Below, piece after piece: positions 23,749 to 35,372 of a stretch of 64,000 nt of DNA. The DNA lies in the NCBI GenBank assembly GCA_002269645.1, contig NIVC01002022.1:1-64000 (forward strand), given 5' to 3'. The notes under the pieces were generated by a model. It was not told the origin of the DNA. It saw nothing but the letters and a program-made list of their open reading frames with translations, and did no database searches. Both the position numbers and the translations under genes were made by a program. This DNA is from Macrostomum lignano (lineage: Eukaryota). Within the stretch, counting starts at the first letter, position 1. The number at the start of each line of letters is the position of its first letter.

Positions 23749-24323
23749 ATTGTCAATTTACTTTTGCGGGAGGTAGAACACTCTACAATACTTCATAAGC
23801 GTCCAATGTTTAAGGCTACACCAGCACAATATGAGTGCTCATACGTTTGAGGAAGCATTAACAGTTGTTTCAGACGCAGCTATGAACAAGGACCACTGTA
23901 AGTATAACAGGACGTAAAACTCACAGATCGTGTAATTTTTAGGAGGCCAATTTTCTGAAAAAATACATTGCAGAAATAGAAAAATGCCTTTTCATCACAT
24001 CATCAATGACTGCATTTTATCTGGTGAGGTGAAGAGTACCATTTCTTTAATTTAGTATGCACAACAGGTTACTCTGTTATATTTTATATAACTGTATAGA
24101 GAAACCTTCATTTTCATATTCTTTTATTTTTATTCCATAAGCCCAATTGAAAGTTTTAAATATTCGCAAGTGAAAGTTTAGTTGCTTGAAATAAGCTTCC
24201 GCAGCGTACTTTTTACAGTGAATTGGTCTCCTAAAAATTACAATCTTTGAGTTTTACGTCCTGTTATACTGAGAGCTACAGTGGTCCTTGGCTATGGACT
24301 GCAGCTATGAGCAGTGATCCGCC

Positions 24324-24450
24324 TTGCCCAATGATACGGCACCCTGGCTTTTCCCTTGTGGGTTAAGCGATTTTCAACTGCTCCGGAAGCTGACTGATGC
24401 TTTTGATGAGGCGCTGGAGGGAGCCGGTGTCCGCTTCTGGGCCTCGACTA
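24324..24450 (+). pseudogene. LicD/FKRP-like nucleotidyltransferase fragment
   Basis: LSDFQLLRKLTDAFDEALEGAGVRFW resembles the helix and GV(R/K)YW motif preceding the GTLLG signature of LicD/FKRP. The signature itself is absent. Homologous pieces at about 28992-29110 and 56086-56190. Confidence 0.4.
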
Positions 24451-24524
24451 ACAACCCCATTTGGGTTCAGGATCCGTTCAATAAGGAATGGCTTCTGTCG
24501 TCTCTGTTGACAGAGTCGATGGCA

Positions 24525-24780
24525 GGGTGAGATTTAGAGAGTGGATAGGAGGGTGAGATGTAGAGAGAGAGAGTGGATAGGAGGGTGAGATGTAGAGAGA
24601 GAGTGGATAGGAGGGTGAGATGTAGAGAGAGAGAGTGGATAGGAGGGTGAGATGTAGAGAGAGAGTGGATAGTAGGGTAAGATGTAGAGAGTGGATAGGA
24701 GGGTGAGATGTAGAGAGAGAGAGTTGATAGGAGGGTGAGATGTCAAAAGTGGATAGGATGGTTAGATGTAGAGAAAGAAA
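24525..24780 (+). repeat. About 30-bp GA-rich satellite (GGATAGGAGGGTGAGATGTAGAGAGAGAGT)n
   Basis: Also present at 25937-26080 and 29170-29440. Confidence 0.88.
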
Positions 24781-24941
24781 AGGAGACCGAGAGGAGGGCA
24801 TCTCCAATCTCAGGCACTGACTCGATAAAAAAGACTGATGAAAGTCAGTTTAGTTTAATTTGCCGATATCTCGAATATTGTATATTCTTCGTCAGGGCAG
24901 ATTGCAATATTAAAAGGCGATAACGCCAGGGAGGGAAATCG

Positions 24942-25935
24942 TTATGGAGGCTCCTCCCCTTGGTGCAGGCGGGCAGCACCGGGGGCTCGCAGTGCCGAGT
25001 CACCCTGTCCTTCACCTTGGCAGCCAGGGCGTCGGAGATCGCACAGTGCGACAGGATCAGCGGGACGACCGGGTTGTGCAGTACGCCGGCAAGTTCGTTG
25101 GCGCCGTGTGGAATTTTGAGTCCTCAGGACCTCGATGAGCTTGGCCTCCTGGCGCTGACGCCGCTCGTTAGCTCTGGGTCCTGTGCCCTCCCGTGTCCAG
25201 ATGCCGGTGAAGGCGAAGTCCGCCAGGCTGTGGCCACCGCAGTGTCGCGGACGTGCCAAATGTCGCCGATGTGCGCCAGCATGCGACCGCGGATGCTGTT
25301 GACAGTCTCGCTGACGTAGACCGTGTGGTCGCACCGGCGGCAGACACGGCATAGACGGCGTTCGTGGCGTTACAGTCGATTCTTTGGCTGATGAGTATCT
25401 GTACGGTGGTGGCTGCGGAACCGGGGCAGACGGTGCTGAACTGGGCGTGCGCCTGGCAGCACTTGCAGAGCCGGGCCGGGTTGCACGGCAGAAAGCCGAA
25501 CTCCCACCGACTGGTCGGGTAGAAGCCCAGCTCAGTCAGCACGTCGTACTTGATGGTGCGGAGGAAACGCCGGCTGTAGCCTTGGTGCTGCACCAGATTC
25601 GACCTCAGCCCGGTGCACGCTGCGACGAAGTCGGCCATCCGAGCGCACCACCGGGCGTACCTGATGAGCTGGGACTTCACCACGCCTTGGAAAGTCCGCT
25701 TAGGATGGAAGGAGCCGCGATGGATGAGGGCTCGGCTGTCGGTGGGCTTGAAGTACACCATAATTGCCAGGCTCTCGCTGTCGCCACCGCGGTCCCAGAA
25801 GACGGTGGTGTCAAGGAAGTAGACCTCTGTACTGCTGTAGCTCAGTTGAATCCGGATGTTCGGGTCGAGGGTGTCCAGGTGTTGGTGGAACTTGACCTGC
25901 TCCGCCTCGGTGCCCCGCCACACTCCAAAGTAAAT
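24942..25935 (-). mobile_element. Penelope-like retroelement, 5'-truncated and frameshifted (RT thumb + GIY-YIG endonuclease)
   Basis: FGVWRG...FHQHLDTLDPNI...FLDTTV...VYFKPTDS...SFHP...VKSQLIRY is the PLE RT C-terminus. NAVYA/VCRRCDHTVYVSET is GIY-YIG-like, followed by RRQRQEAKLIEVLRT. At least two frameshifts. Confidence 0.9.
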
Positions 25936-25979
25936 ATAAGGAGGGTGAGATGTAGAGAGAGAGGATAGGAGGGTGAGAT

Positions 25980-26016
<37 letters not shown>

Positions 26017-26659
26017 GAGAGCGAGAGTGAGAGAGAGATAGTGAATAGTAGGTTGAAATGTAGAGAGTGGATAGGAGGGTGGGACAGACAGCAACACAGC
26101 CTGTGAGCTCGTAGACAGTTGCGCAATGCAACGTGCTCCCTAGTAGAAAGGAACTCAGTAAAGTTTCTGTCCCAACAGACAGGGCTGGACATGTACAGAG
26201 CAGACAGTGTTTGAATAATATGTGAACACTTCTGTGAAAAATTAACACTTTGGTACGAGCATTGACAAATTGACAATACTTAAACCAATGGCCGTGACCA
26301 GCATTTAAAGATTGACAGCAAAAAGACTCAAGTTGGCAGGTCAACTCCCTAGTTAGAAATCCGATTCCTTCGAAAAACCTTGTTGGCTTAGGACATATAG
26401 CTCTAATCGTCACATCTTTGCTACCTTGATCAGCAATCTTACTCTGCTGTTCATTCTGGATGCCTATTATCTTACTAGTATAATATTCCGAAGAAAAAGA
26501 TGTGAAGATATTTTTCTTGCCGATGGCTTTCTGCCAAAGTAATTAGAGAAACTCTTCAGGGATTCGCGTAGACGAGACGAGTGGCTTCGGTTCTTTAAAC
26601 GAGAGATAAAGCGGTAGAATTCAGTATTGCACAGTTAGCAGCTATGCAATAGCTACGTC

Positions 26660-27364
26660 TCAGTACTTCTTGACGAACTTGGCCCAGCTCGGGTCGGTCT
26701 CGATGGCGTCGCCGACGCTCGAGTCAGCGAAGTCCAGCATGCGGCAGGCGCCGCTGGCCCGGTTGAACAGGACGGCCCGGCACTCCCAGCGATGCACGCA
26801 GAGCCACAGGCAGTGAAGCTCCGAGCTCACCGAGGCGTCAGTGTAGCAGTAGACAGGACTGATGTTGCCCAGCCTCAGGAACTCTGCTGGCTCCAGGTAC
26901 TCGCTGTTCGGCGTCGCGATCGGCTGGCAGACGAACTGTGTACGCCCAGACCCTGGTTGGTCCCACAAACCAGCAATGCTGACCGCTAAAAAATAATCAT
27001 CTGCTGAATAGCGGTTCGGCAAGCCAGACTTCCAGTCGCTGTCATCCAAAGTCGGAAACAGCGAGCCGTTGGCGAATCTCCAGCCGCTGCGAGACGTGCC
27101 CGCCTCAACCAGGAGGTCCGTCACTCCGATGAAATAAGTATCATTCCAGTGATTGACGGCTCGGATGGCAGTCAGGTCCATCAGCAGCTCTCCGCCGATG
27201 CTCAGGCACAGTCTGGCTGCGTCGCACCAGCTGGAAACGCTGGTGTTGTTGCCGATGAAGACGCAGCTGCCCAGCCTGTCGATGAACGGAGCGACGCAGG
27301 CGGCAGAGGCGATGGCTGCCAGCCCCGCAAACAGCGTCAGCTTGAGCAGCTGCTTCGGTAGCAT
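26660..27364 (-). CDS. C-type lectin-like + PAN/Apple protein, copy 2 (234 aa)
   Basis: Intact paralogue of copy 1 with distinct loop RYSADDYFLAVSIAGLWDQPGSGRTQ. Confidence 0.9.
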   Translation of the reverse strand: MLPKQLLKLTLFAGLAAIASAACVAPFIDRLGSCVFIGNNTSVSSWCDAARLCLSIGGELLMDLTAIRAVNHWNDTYFIGVTDLLVEAGTSRSGWRFANGSLFPTLDDSDWKSGLPNRYSADDYFLAVSIAGLWDQPGSGRTQFVCQPIATPNSEYLEPAEFLRLGNISPVYCYTDASVSSELHCLWLCVHRWECRAVLFNRASGACRMLDFADSSVGDAIETDPSWAKFVKKY

Positions 27365-27717
27365 CAGCGATTCTCAAGTCGGTCAGCGTGGAGCAGCTTG
27401 ATTTATGAGCAGTCAGACTTTTTCTTGGTTGCCAACTAGAGGTATTTCTGCAAATTTTTGAGTATTTAATCTGTAGTCAGTCTGTATACGCTTGCATTTA
27501 TAGACAACTGCAGCCAATCAGTCGTAGCCAACAAACCGTCCAGTGCAGCAGTTCCAACTTCGGAGACTGGCTTTGAAAGGCGCCCAATAGGTTTCCTAGC
27601 ATTTTGCCTCTACACGTAGCTGCTAAACAAGTAAAGAAATTAACTTTTTTAAATTGACTGACTAAAGAGTTTTCTAGGAGACTATTATAAAATAAAAAAG
27701 ATTTGAAATATGTCGCC

Positions 27718-27895
27718 AAGTGGAGCCGTGGTCTAGCGCGGCAATCTGATGTGCCAGCTGCCCAGGCTCGATTCCAAGTGCAGTCACATTAATTTGGGGC
27801 TACATGTAAATTGGAATTGATATTTTGCCACTCGATCGCTCAGACGTACTGGGTCTGGGTGGCGGTTTTCCATGTTGCTGAGTAAAAAAAACAAA
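27718..27895 (+). mobile_element. tRNA-derived SINE upstream of lectin copy 2
   Basis: GTGGAGCCGTGGTCTAGCGCG...GGCTCGATTCC, same body as the 17.2 kb copy. Confidence 0.62.
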
Positions 27896-29929
27896 TAAAC
27901 AGGTCGGTGAACGGGCCATCCTGTTGAGTAGTCGAGTCTAGACTCATTCAAAGAGCCATGATGGGGCATTCCATGCATATTCATGCATTGAGGTAATCAT
28001 TACGCTCGTACTAATGCATATACTTGTCCTCCTCCATAAAAATCCATAATCCATATTATGCATTATGCATTAGTCCATAATGCATAACCCTCCCCCGAAA
28101 TCATGTGCAGGAACCACGAGCAAGTAATAGGGTTGGCACTCGTCAGTAAGGGTTGGCAGTCCCAGACATGCTCGGTGGGGTTCCTGGCTGGCTTATCTGG
28201 GTAGCTGTTGCTGGGTGCTTGACAAGAAAATGTCCGTCTTTTGCCACAATATAGGAACTTTCTCAGTCTGTTTCAATTGATTGGCATTTAATAAGACAAG
28301 AAAGCTGACGAAGCAATAGAAAGAATTAAAAATTTGGTAAATATCAGTGAGTTAAATTCAATCGATCGCACACACAGCCTTTGTCTTCTTGCATTTGTCT
28401 CGACCAAGTCTTCTGAGGGTCGTGTCAACATTGACAAATGGAAACCAGCTCCTACTGAGTCTGACAAGAGGGAATTGCCTCTCTGCTTGCTTTGCTAAAA
28501 CAATGCGAATGGTTTCCCAGACTCTTATTCAGCCTTTTGTGCCAGACTGGTTCAAGCTTGACATTTTCGACAAGACTTTTCAGTTTTATGACTTCGACGC
28601 TTTGTGTCGCAGGCACTCACTTTAGCGCCGTAGGCACTCATTTTAGCGCTGTAGGCACTCATTTTTAGCTTACTCCATACTTTTCGCCGAAAAATACACT
28701 ACAGAGATAGGAGTTTTTAATTTTTTCAGCACAAAAATTGTTATTGCTTTTGATAGGAGGTAGTGTATTTTTTCGGCGAAAAGTTGCCTTCAAAACTTTT
28801 ACCATAGATTTCGAGCGTTGCATCCTTCTACTTAAGTTGTCCTTGACTCGCAAGTGAAAGTCTTGTTGTTTGGAATGAGCTTTCGCAGCGTACTTTTTAC
28901 AGTGAATTGGTCTCCTAAAAATAACGATCTTAGGATATTACGACTACAGTGGTCCTTGGCTATAGACTGCAGCTATGAACAGTGATCCGCCTTGCCCAAC
29001 GATACGGCACACTGACTTTTTCCTAGTGGGTTAACCGATTTCCAACTGCTGCGAAAGCTGACTGATGCTTTTGATGAGGCGCTGGAGGGAGCTGGTGTCC
29101 GCTTCTGGGCCTCGATCAACAACCCCGTTTGGGCTTAGGATCCGTTCAATAAGGAATGGCTTCTGTCGTCTCTGTTGTTAGAGTGGATGGCAGAGTAAGA
29201 TTTAAAGAGAGTGGATGATAGTAAGGTGAGGTGTAGAGAGTGAATGGGAGGTTGAGATGTAGAGAGAGAGAATGGATAGTAGAATGAGATGTAGAGAGAG
29301 AGTGGATCGTAGGGTGATATTTAGTTAGTGGATAGGAGGGTGAGATGTAGAGAGAGAGTGGATAGTAGGATGAGATGTAGATAGTGGACAGGAGGGTGAG
29401 ATGTGGAGAGAGGTAGAGAGAGAGAGAGAGAGAGAGAAAGGAGGGCACTTCTAATCTCAGACACTGACTCGGTAAAAAGGACTTATGAAAGTCAGTTTAG
29501 TTTAATTTGCCGATATTTCGAATACTGAATACGAGTATTCTTCGTCAGGCAAAATGCGAGTCAAATGTTTTTGGCGCGGATTGCCGTCAATATTAAAAGT
29601 CGATAACGCCAGGGAGGGAAATCGATAAAAGGGTGTGCACAAGCGCATAAAACAGTACGCATGGCCAAGTACATTAAAACGAGTCAGAGACTCTGAGAAA
29701 TACAGAGAGGGTGCATGGCGGCCAAAAATTTTTACAAGCGGGACTAAAAGACCCTTAAGTGTAGGAAAAAAAATGGAAAAATAAAAGGCAAAATAAGTAG
29801 GCAAGGTAAATAAAAAGTTAGTAAATGTTCAGTACAAAGAGTGCAGGTCAACCGTAGCTCGTAGTACACAGTGTCAGAAAAACCTTAGAATAAAAAAGCA
29901 TAGGAAAAAATCATGAGCGTGTAGGCTTA

Positions 29930-31272
29930 TCTGCTACGCCACCAGGTCCACGCCCTTTGCTGGCATGGGGGCCTTCGTTGATCTGCCTCTCTCGACCTCT
30001 TCGTCAGGGGTGAGGTGGCTGGAACGACGCGGCGTCTACTTGATGCCGGCCTCAATTTCCTCTACATGAGAGCACCTGCTAAACGGAACCTTGTTACACA
30101 TAGCGACCTGTGCCTCAACATTCTCAGCGAGTGTCAGGCCAATCGCGTCTTCACCGATGGCATTGTCTCAACCCTGAACCTGAGACAACGCTACTCCGTA
30201 GCTATCGACTCGCGCGATACCATCAATGACCACTGGAACCCTGATGAGCTTCACTGCTACACCGATGGTTCTAAGCAGTCAGCCAACACCGGCTTTGGTG
30301 TTGGGACCTTCCTGAACGATAGGGTCATCGCTACCCACGCTCAGTATACTGGGGTCAGGTCAACTCCAGTGTCTTCCAAAATGAAGTTCTCGCCATCAAC
30401 ACTTGCACTGCAGAGCTCCTCGCCACTGGCGTTACTGGTAAGAACATCATTTTCCATTCGGTCAGCCAAGCTGCCTTGCACGCCATCAGTGGCTGCAGCG
30501 TCAACTCTGCTACAGTCCTTGAGTGTAGCAAACTCCTAAAATATGTTGGGCTCCACCAACAAAATTACCCGTTAGTGGGTTCCGGGGCATGTGGGGATTC
30601 GAGGGAATGAGTTAGCTGACGCCCTTGCAAAAGTTGGCGTCTCCGGCTCCCCTCTCGGGCCTGAACCCCTTGTCCCGATTCCCGGCTGTGTCATCGACTC
30701 GCGCATCAAAGCGTGGATCAGGACCCAGCACCGCTCAGCCTGGGCGAACTGCACTACCTGCAGTCGATCCAGAGGCGCTGTCCCTCAGCCCTCTCACCAG
30801 CTCCGGAAGCTCCTCTTGCGCCTCTCGCGCAGAGACATCCGGGCTGCCACCATGACTCTCAGGTCGCGGCTGCTTTTCCAGGCAACAGTACCTCCAGGGC
30901 AACGCCACCAACGCCATCTGCAGTTTTTGTAACTCAGATGACGAAACCGCTGAACATTTTGTCAGCGTCTGTCCCGCCTTCATGCGAGCCAGACTCACTT
31001 ACCTCGGGCCACACAAGCATCAATTACTGAAGCGTGCAAATCTGAAGATTTTAAATCATCTCATGCTCTACCTCCGGGCCACCCGCAGGGCTGAACTCGA
31101 TCCCTTTCAGAGAGCATCATGGCTGCTGGCGACACTGGGGGACCTCCCTGGGCGGCGCCAACCCTTCGTCCATAGCGATGCGTCGGCCGTTCAGGGATTA
31201 GCGGAATGGCCGTTCGCGCCTTCCCGCTGTCCCCCTCTGGGACATCCCTGCAGCTAAGTCAAGTAAGTCAAG
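29930..31272 (+). mobile_element. 5'-truncated non-LTR retrotransposon (I-superfamily-like) with RNase H and CCHC finger
   Basis: HCYTDGSK...VFQNEVLAI...WVPGHVGIRGNELADALAK (RNase H, frameshifted), then CSFCNSDDETAEHFVSVC. Ends in an (AAGTC/AAGT) tail. Confidence 0.85.
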
Positions 31273-31284
31273 AGGGGGCTACAG

Positions 31285-31660
31285 AGAGGGAGTGGTGCTA
31301 ATCTGGAAGGAGTGGTGCTAATCTGGAAGGAGTGGTGCTACTCTGAGGGAGTGCAGGTGCTAATCTTGCATTATATTAAGTATTAAGTATTAAGTATGTT
31401 AAGTATTACGAGTATATGCGTTTTTTGCGACAAAGTATCCCAAAAACGACCCTTTTTTGCACGCTGAGTACCGATTTCAACCAAAAAAGAAGCATCATGT
31501 CAAACATAAAAGAAGCATCATGTCAAACATAAAAGAAGCATCATGTCAAACATAAAAGAAGCGTCAACTCAACCATAAAAGACTCATGGAGGAATTCCTG
31601 AGATTTCAAGACTCATGAGGGAATTGCTGAAACCTTGTTAACTCATGGGAGCGGGGCTTG
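31285..31660 (+). repeat. Cluster of short tandem arrays
   Basis: GGAGTGGTGCTAATCTGGAA x3-4, (ATTAAGT)n, AAAAGAAGCATCATGTCAAACAT x3-4, GACTCATG..GAATT x3. Confidence 0.7.
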
Positions 31661-31923
31661 CTGAGATGCCAGGGGTCAATTGGAAGTTGTTGTTAGATCG
31701 AAGGGAGAATTAGTGTTAAACCATGGCTTAAAGGGAGTCTTTGATGCGAGAGCTCACAGAGGGTGCTGATATCTTATAGTCTAGATAGCTGGCAGGGGCG
31801 TCGCCATGGATTTTATGATGGGGGGGGACAAAACCAAGAATTCAACATGTACATGTACATCAACTAAATTTTGGCACCCCAGGCACTCCTTTTGGCGCCG
31901 CAGGCGCTATATTTTGGCACCCT

Positions 31924-34300
31924 TGTAGTGCACTGCTATTGCGGGTCTCTCCTCCGCTCTCTCACTTTAGCCTTCCCCCACGTGCGTGTACGCCCTCGCA
32001 CTGTTACGCAACAGTGGCACGTTGTGCTCATTAGCTCGTTGTGCTCACTACTATATATATGCTTTAAATATACGGCCATGAGAGGCCAACTTCTGCACTT
32101 ACACAAGCGCACTACAATGGCGTCGCAAGCAGGATTACCCACACCGCCCCCATTGAACTTGCGCGAGGAGCCCCATGCGGCACATACAAAGTGGAGCAAG
32201 TGGCTGGCTCAGTTCCAGCTGTTCGCCACGGCCGCTGACATCTCTGACAAGAAGCGACTTCGCCAACTGCTGCTGTACACAGCGGGCGAGGACCTGCAGG
32301 CCATTGCAGCCGGACTCGCCGACACCGGCGATGACGTCGACAAGCTAATCCAGGCTCTCAATGAGCACTTCACCAGCCAGCTCAACCTGCCCTTCACACG
32401 CTACCAGTTCCGGCTGTGCACCCAGCAGACCGGGGAGTCCCTGGACGACTGGCTACGGCGGCTCAACGACACCGCGGACTGCTGCAAATTCGAAGGCCTC
32501 CGGGACTCGCTGATCCGCGACCAGCTGATCGCCGGCTGCAGCTCCGAGCAGCTCCGCAGGAAGCTGCTGGCCATGGACAACGTGGACCTGGGCCAGGCAG
32601 TCCGGGTGGCCAGGGCCATGGAGGCAGCGGAGTCGCAGGCCAGCCTCATGGAGACCAGCGCAGCGACCGTGCAGCGGCTGCGCAAGCGCGAGTCCAGCCC
32701 GCCAGAGCAGCCGCAGAAAACATCCACGCAGACAGCCGATCGCACGCAGCCAAAGTGCATCCGCTGCGGCAACTTCGGCCACCGCAGCTGCAGCGCAGCG
32801 GTAGGCAAGACCTGCAACCGATGCGGCAAGCCGAATCACCTCGCCAAGGCCTGCTTGTCCCGGCCAGAGGACGTGCGAGCACTGCGGGTCGGCAGCGACA
32901 GTTCGGGCGAAGAGGACGACGTCTTCTGCCTGACCGTGATGGCCTCCGACAAGAACGCAACAGCGGCTCTGGCCACCGTGCTGGTAGAAGCGACTCCAGT
33001 GCAGGTGGTGGTGGACAGCGGAGCCGACTGTAACATCCTCACCGAGGCAGCCTGGCGAAAGCTCCCGGGGCCCTTAGGCCTGCAGCCGACGACAAAGAGG
33101 ATCTTTCCATATCGCTCAGCAAAACCTCTGCGCACTCTGGGAGTCTGCAGCCTGCGAGTCTCGGTGGGCCGAGGGTTCAGCGTGCCAGCTTCATCATCGT
33201 CCCCGGTAGCGGCATCAGTGTACTCGGCCGTGCAACCTCTACATCCCTGCAGCTGCTGAGTCTGGAGACGCAGGCCCGGGCAACGGCCAGAGAGGCTACA
33301 AGTCTGACTGATGCTCTTAATGACGAGCAACCAGTCCACGACAGAGTATCGCTGCAGCAGCTCAGCACCGGCGAGTCCGCATCGGAAGGCCCGACCATCA
33401 ACAGCATCCGCGAGGCCACTGCTCGGGACCCGGCTCTGAACTTCGTCATGCAGTCTCTGGCGACTGGCAACTGGCGCTTCGGCGCTACAGCCCAGGCGAG
33501 CAGCTTCCACTCGCTCAAGCGAGAGCTTCTGGTGCGGGACGGCATGCTGCTCAGGGGCGGCAGGATCGTTGTACCCGCAGCGCTTCAGCAGCAGACCATC
33601 AGTTGGGCCCACCAGGGTCAATTCGGCAGGAGAAAGGCCATCGACCGGCTGCGGAAGGAAGTCTGGTGGCCCGGCATGGTCCGGCAGGCGCAGGCGGCTC
33701 TGTCAAGGCGACGCCTGCATCAGAACTTCGGAGGCGGTGACGCGCGCGAGACACTCCCAGCCGGCCAACAGCGGACGGCAGACACAGCAGGAGACGTTCA
33801 GCAGCCGTCAGAGCGCGACTGGAAGCTGGTGACCAGACGGCGCGCCGCTAATTTCAATCGGCGCTGCGCCAGCAAGTAACCGAAGCTGTGCGATTGGCTA
33901 TCGGCTGGGCGGCAACACGTCAGCGAGACACAATGCCACAGCAACACAGCCGGGCTCTATTAATTAAACAAACTACATATGCGCAAATTACATAAATTTA
34001 CTTAAATGTATCAAATGTTTCAGTTTTCGTTATGCTTAATCTGCGAAATTATCTAATTCTACTTTCTAATTCTAAAGGGTTTGTACTTTTTTTGGTTGGG
34101 GGAGAGATGTAGTGCACTGCTATTGCGGGTCTCTCCTCCGCTCTCTCACTTTAGCCTTCCCCCACGTGCGTGTACGCCCTCGCACTGTTACGCAACAGTG
34201 GCACGTTGTGCTCATTAGCTCGTTGTGCTCACTACTATATATATGCTTTAAATATACGGCCATGAGAGGCCAACTTCTGCACTTACACAAGCGCACTACA
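31924..34300 (+). mobile_element. Non-autonomous Gypsy (Mag-like) LTR retrotransposon, 2377 bp
   Basis: Identical 193-bp LTRs (31924-32116, 34108-34300; TGTAGTG...CACTACA). 5-bp TSD ACCCT. PBS TGGCGTCGCAAGCAGGATT (tRNA-Ser-like). PPT GGTTGGGGGAGAGA. Confidence 0.95.
32117..33879 (+). CDS. Gag (CCHC knuckles) - aspartic protease - integrase Zn-finger remnant, 1-nt frameshift near 33174
   Basis: CIRCGNFGH..C and CNRCGKPNHLAKAC; protease VVVDSGADCNIL. The -1 frame from 33175 gives RASFIIVPGSGISVLGR...IREATARDPAL...GNW...LLRGGRIVVPAALQ...AHQGQFG...VWWPGM. No RT (YxDD), RNase H or DDE core. Confidence 0.85.
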
Positions 34301-35372
34301 ACCCTGAAGAAAAATTATTGATTAACACAATGGGTCACAAGGTGGGGTGGAGGGGACAAAGCATTGGCATGTCCGCCCCAAAGCTTTTACTGGGGGGGGG
34401 CATGTCCCCCCTGTCCCCCCGGTGGCGCGCGCCTGATAGCTGGCTTTCAGGCCTAATGCTTTTCTGTTTTAAAAATCACTAACGATGGGCGACTGTACAA
34501 AGTCAAAACCTACATGTAGTTGATTTATTCCTTTGTTTGCCTCCCCTACGGGGGCGCAAATTGCTAGTCCAAACATTAAATTTACTTTGCAGAACTTGAT
34601 CTTGTTACTAAAGTTGACATCAACGCAGTTTTATACAAAAGTGTGGAGAACTCCTGCTATATTCGTTTGTTCCCTATCTAAACCTAAATGTAGGCTTCGT
34701 TTCTAAGCGAGATTGAGAGATCCGGTTGCGAAAGTCAAATAAGAAATCTAAATGTATAGCAGCTACGAGCGTATTTTAGTTGTGAGATTTTGCATCCGGG
34801 ATCGGGCTACGTCAGTGCGACATGTAAACATTAGCTTGGCAACTGCAAACTCTGATATCTGACCCCGATCCAGACGCGTTCTGTGGACACTGCAAAATAA
34901 AGGATCTACATGTAGCTATTGGCAGGTCAGCTCCCTAGTTGGAACTCCGATTCCTTCGAAAGAGCTGGTTTGGCTTTGGACCATAGATATTCGCTACCTT
35001 GGGACAGACCATCCTGATCAGCTACTTGCTCAACCTTACTCTGCTGTCATTCTGGGTGCGTATTTCCTTAGTAGTAAAATCTTTGCCTGCCGGTGGCTTT
35101 CTGTCAACGGAACTGACGAAATTCTTTGGCGATTCGCTTAGTCGAGATGAATGTCTTCACTTCTTGAAACGAGAGATAAGGACATAGAATTCAGCATTGC
35201 ACTGTCGACTGAGTCACAAGACAAATTTTAACAAACTCAAGCCTAGGGTAATCAAAAAGGACAAAGCGTTGGCGTTAGCGAAGGGCAAGTGCATTCTTGA
35301 AACTTCTGACGCTAAAAACATTGTTAATTTTTATTCTCTGATTCCTGCAGAATTTAAAAAGCCATCGCAATG

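Larger units (their letters stand above)
31793..34435 (+). mobile_element. Complete hAT-like MITE hosting the LTR element
   Basis: Imperfect TIRs CAGGGGCGTCGCCA / TGGCGCGCGCCTG. Perfect 8-bp TSD ATAGCTGG at 31785-31792 and 34436-34443. Confidence 0.88.

Noticed and set aside
31871-32116. N-terminal 82 aa of the 462-aa ORF
   Set aside because: Read-through of MITE and 5' LTR sequence. The real gag start is the ATG at 32117.
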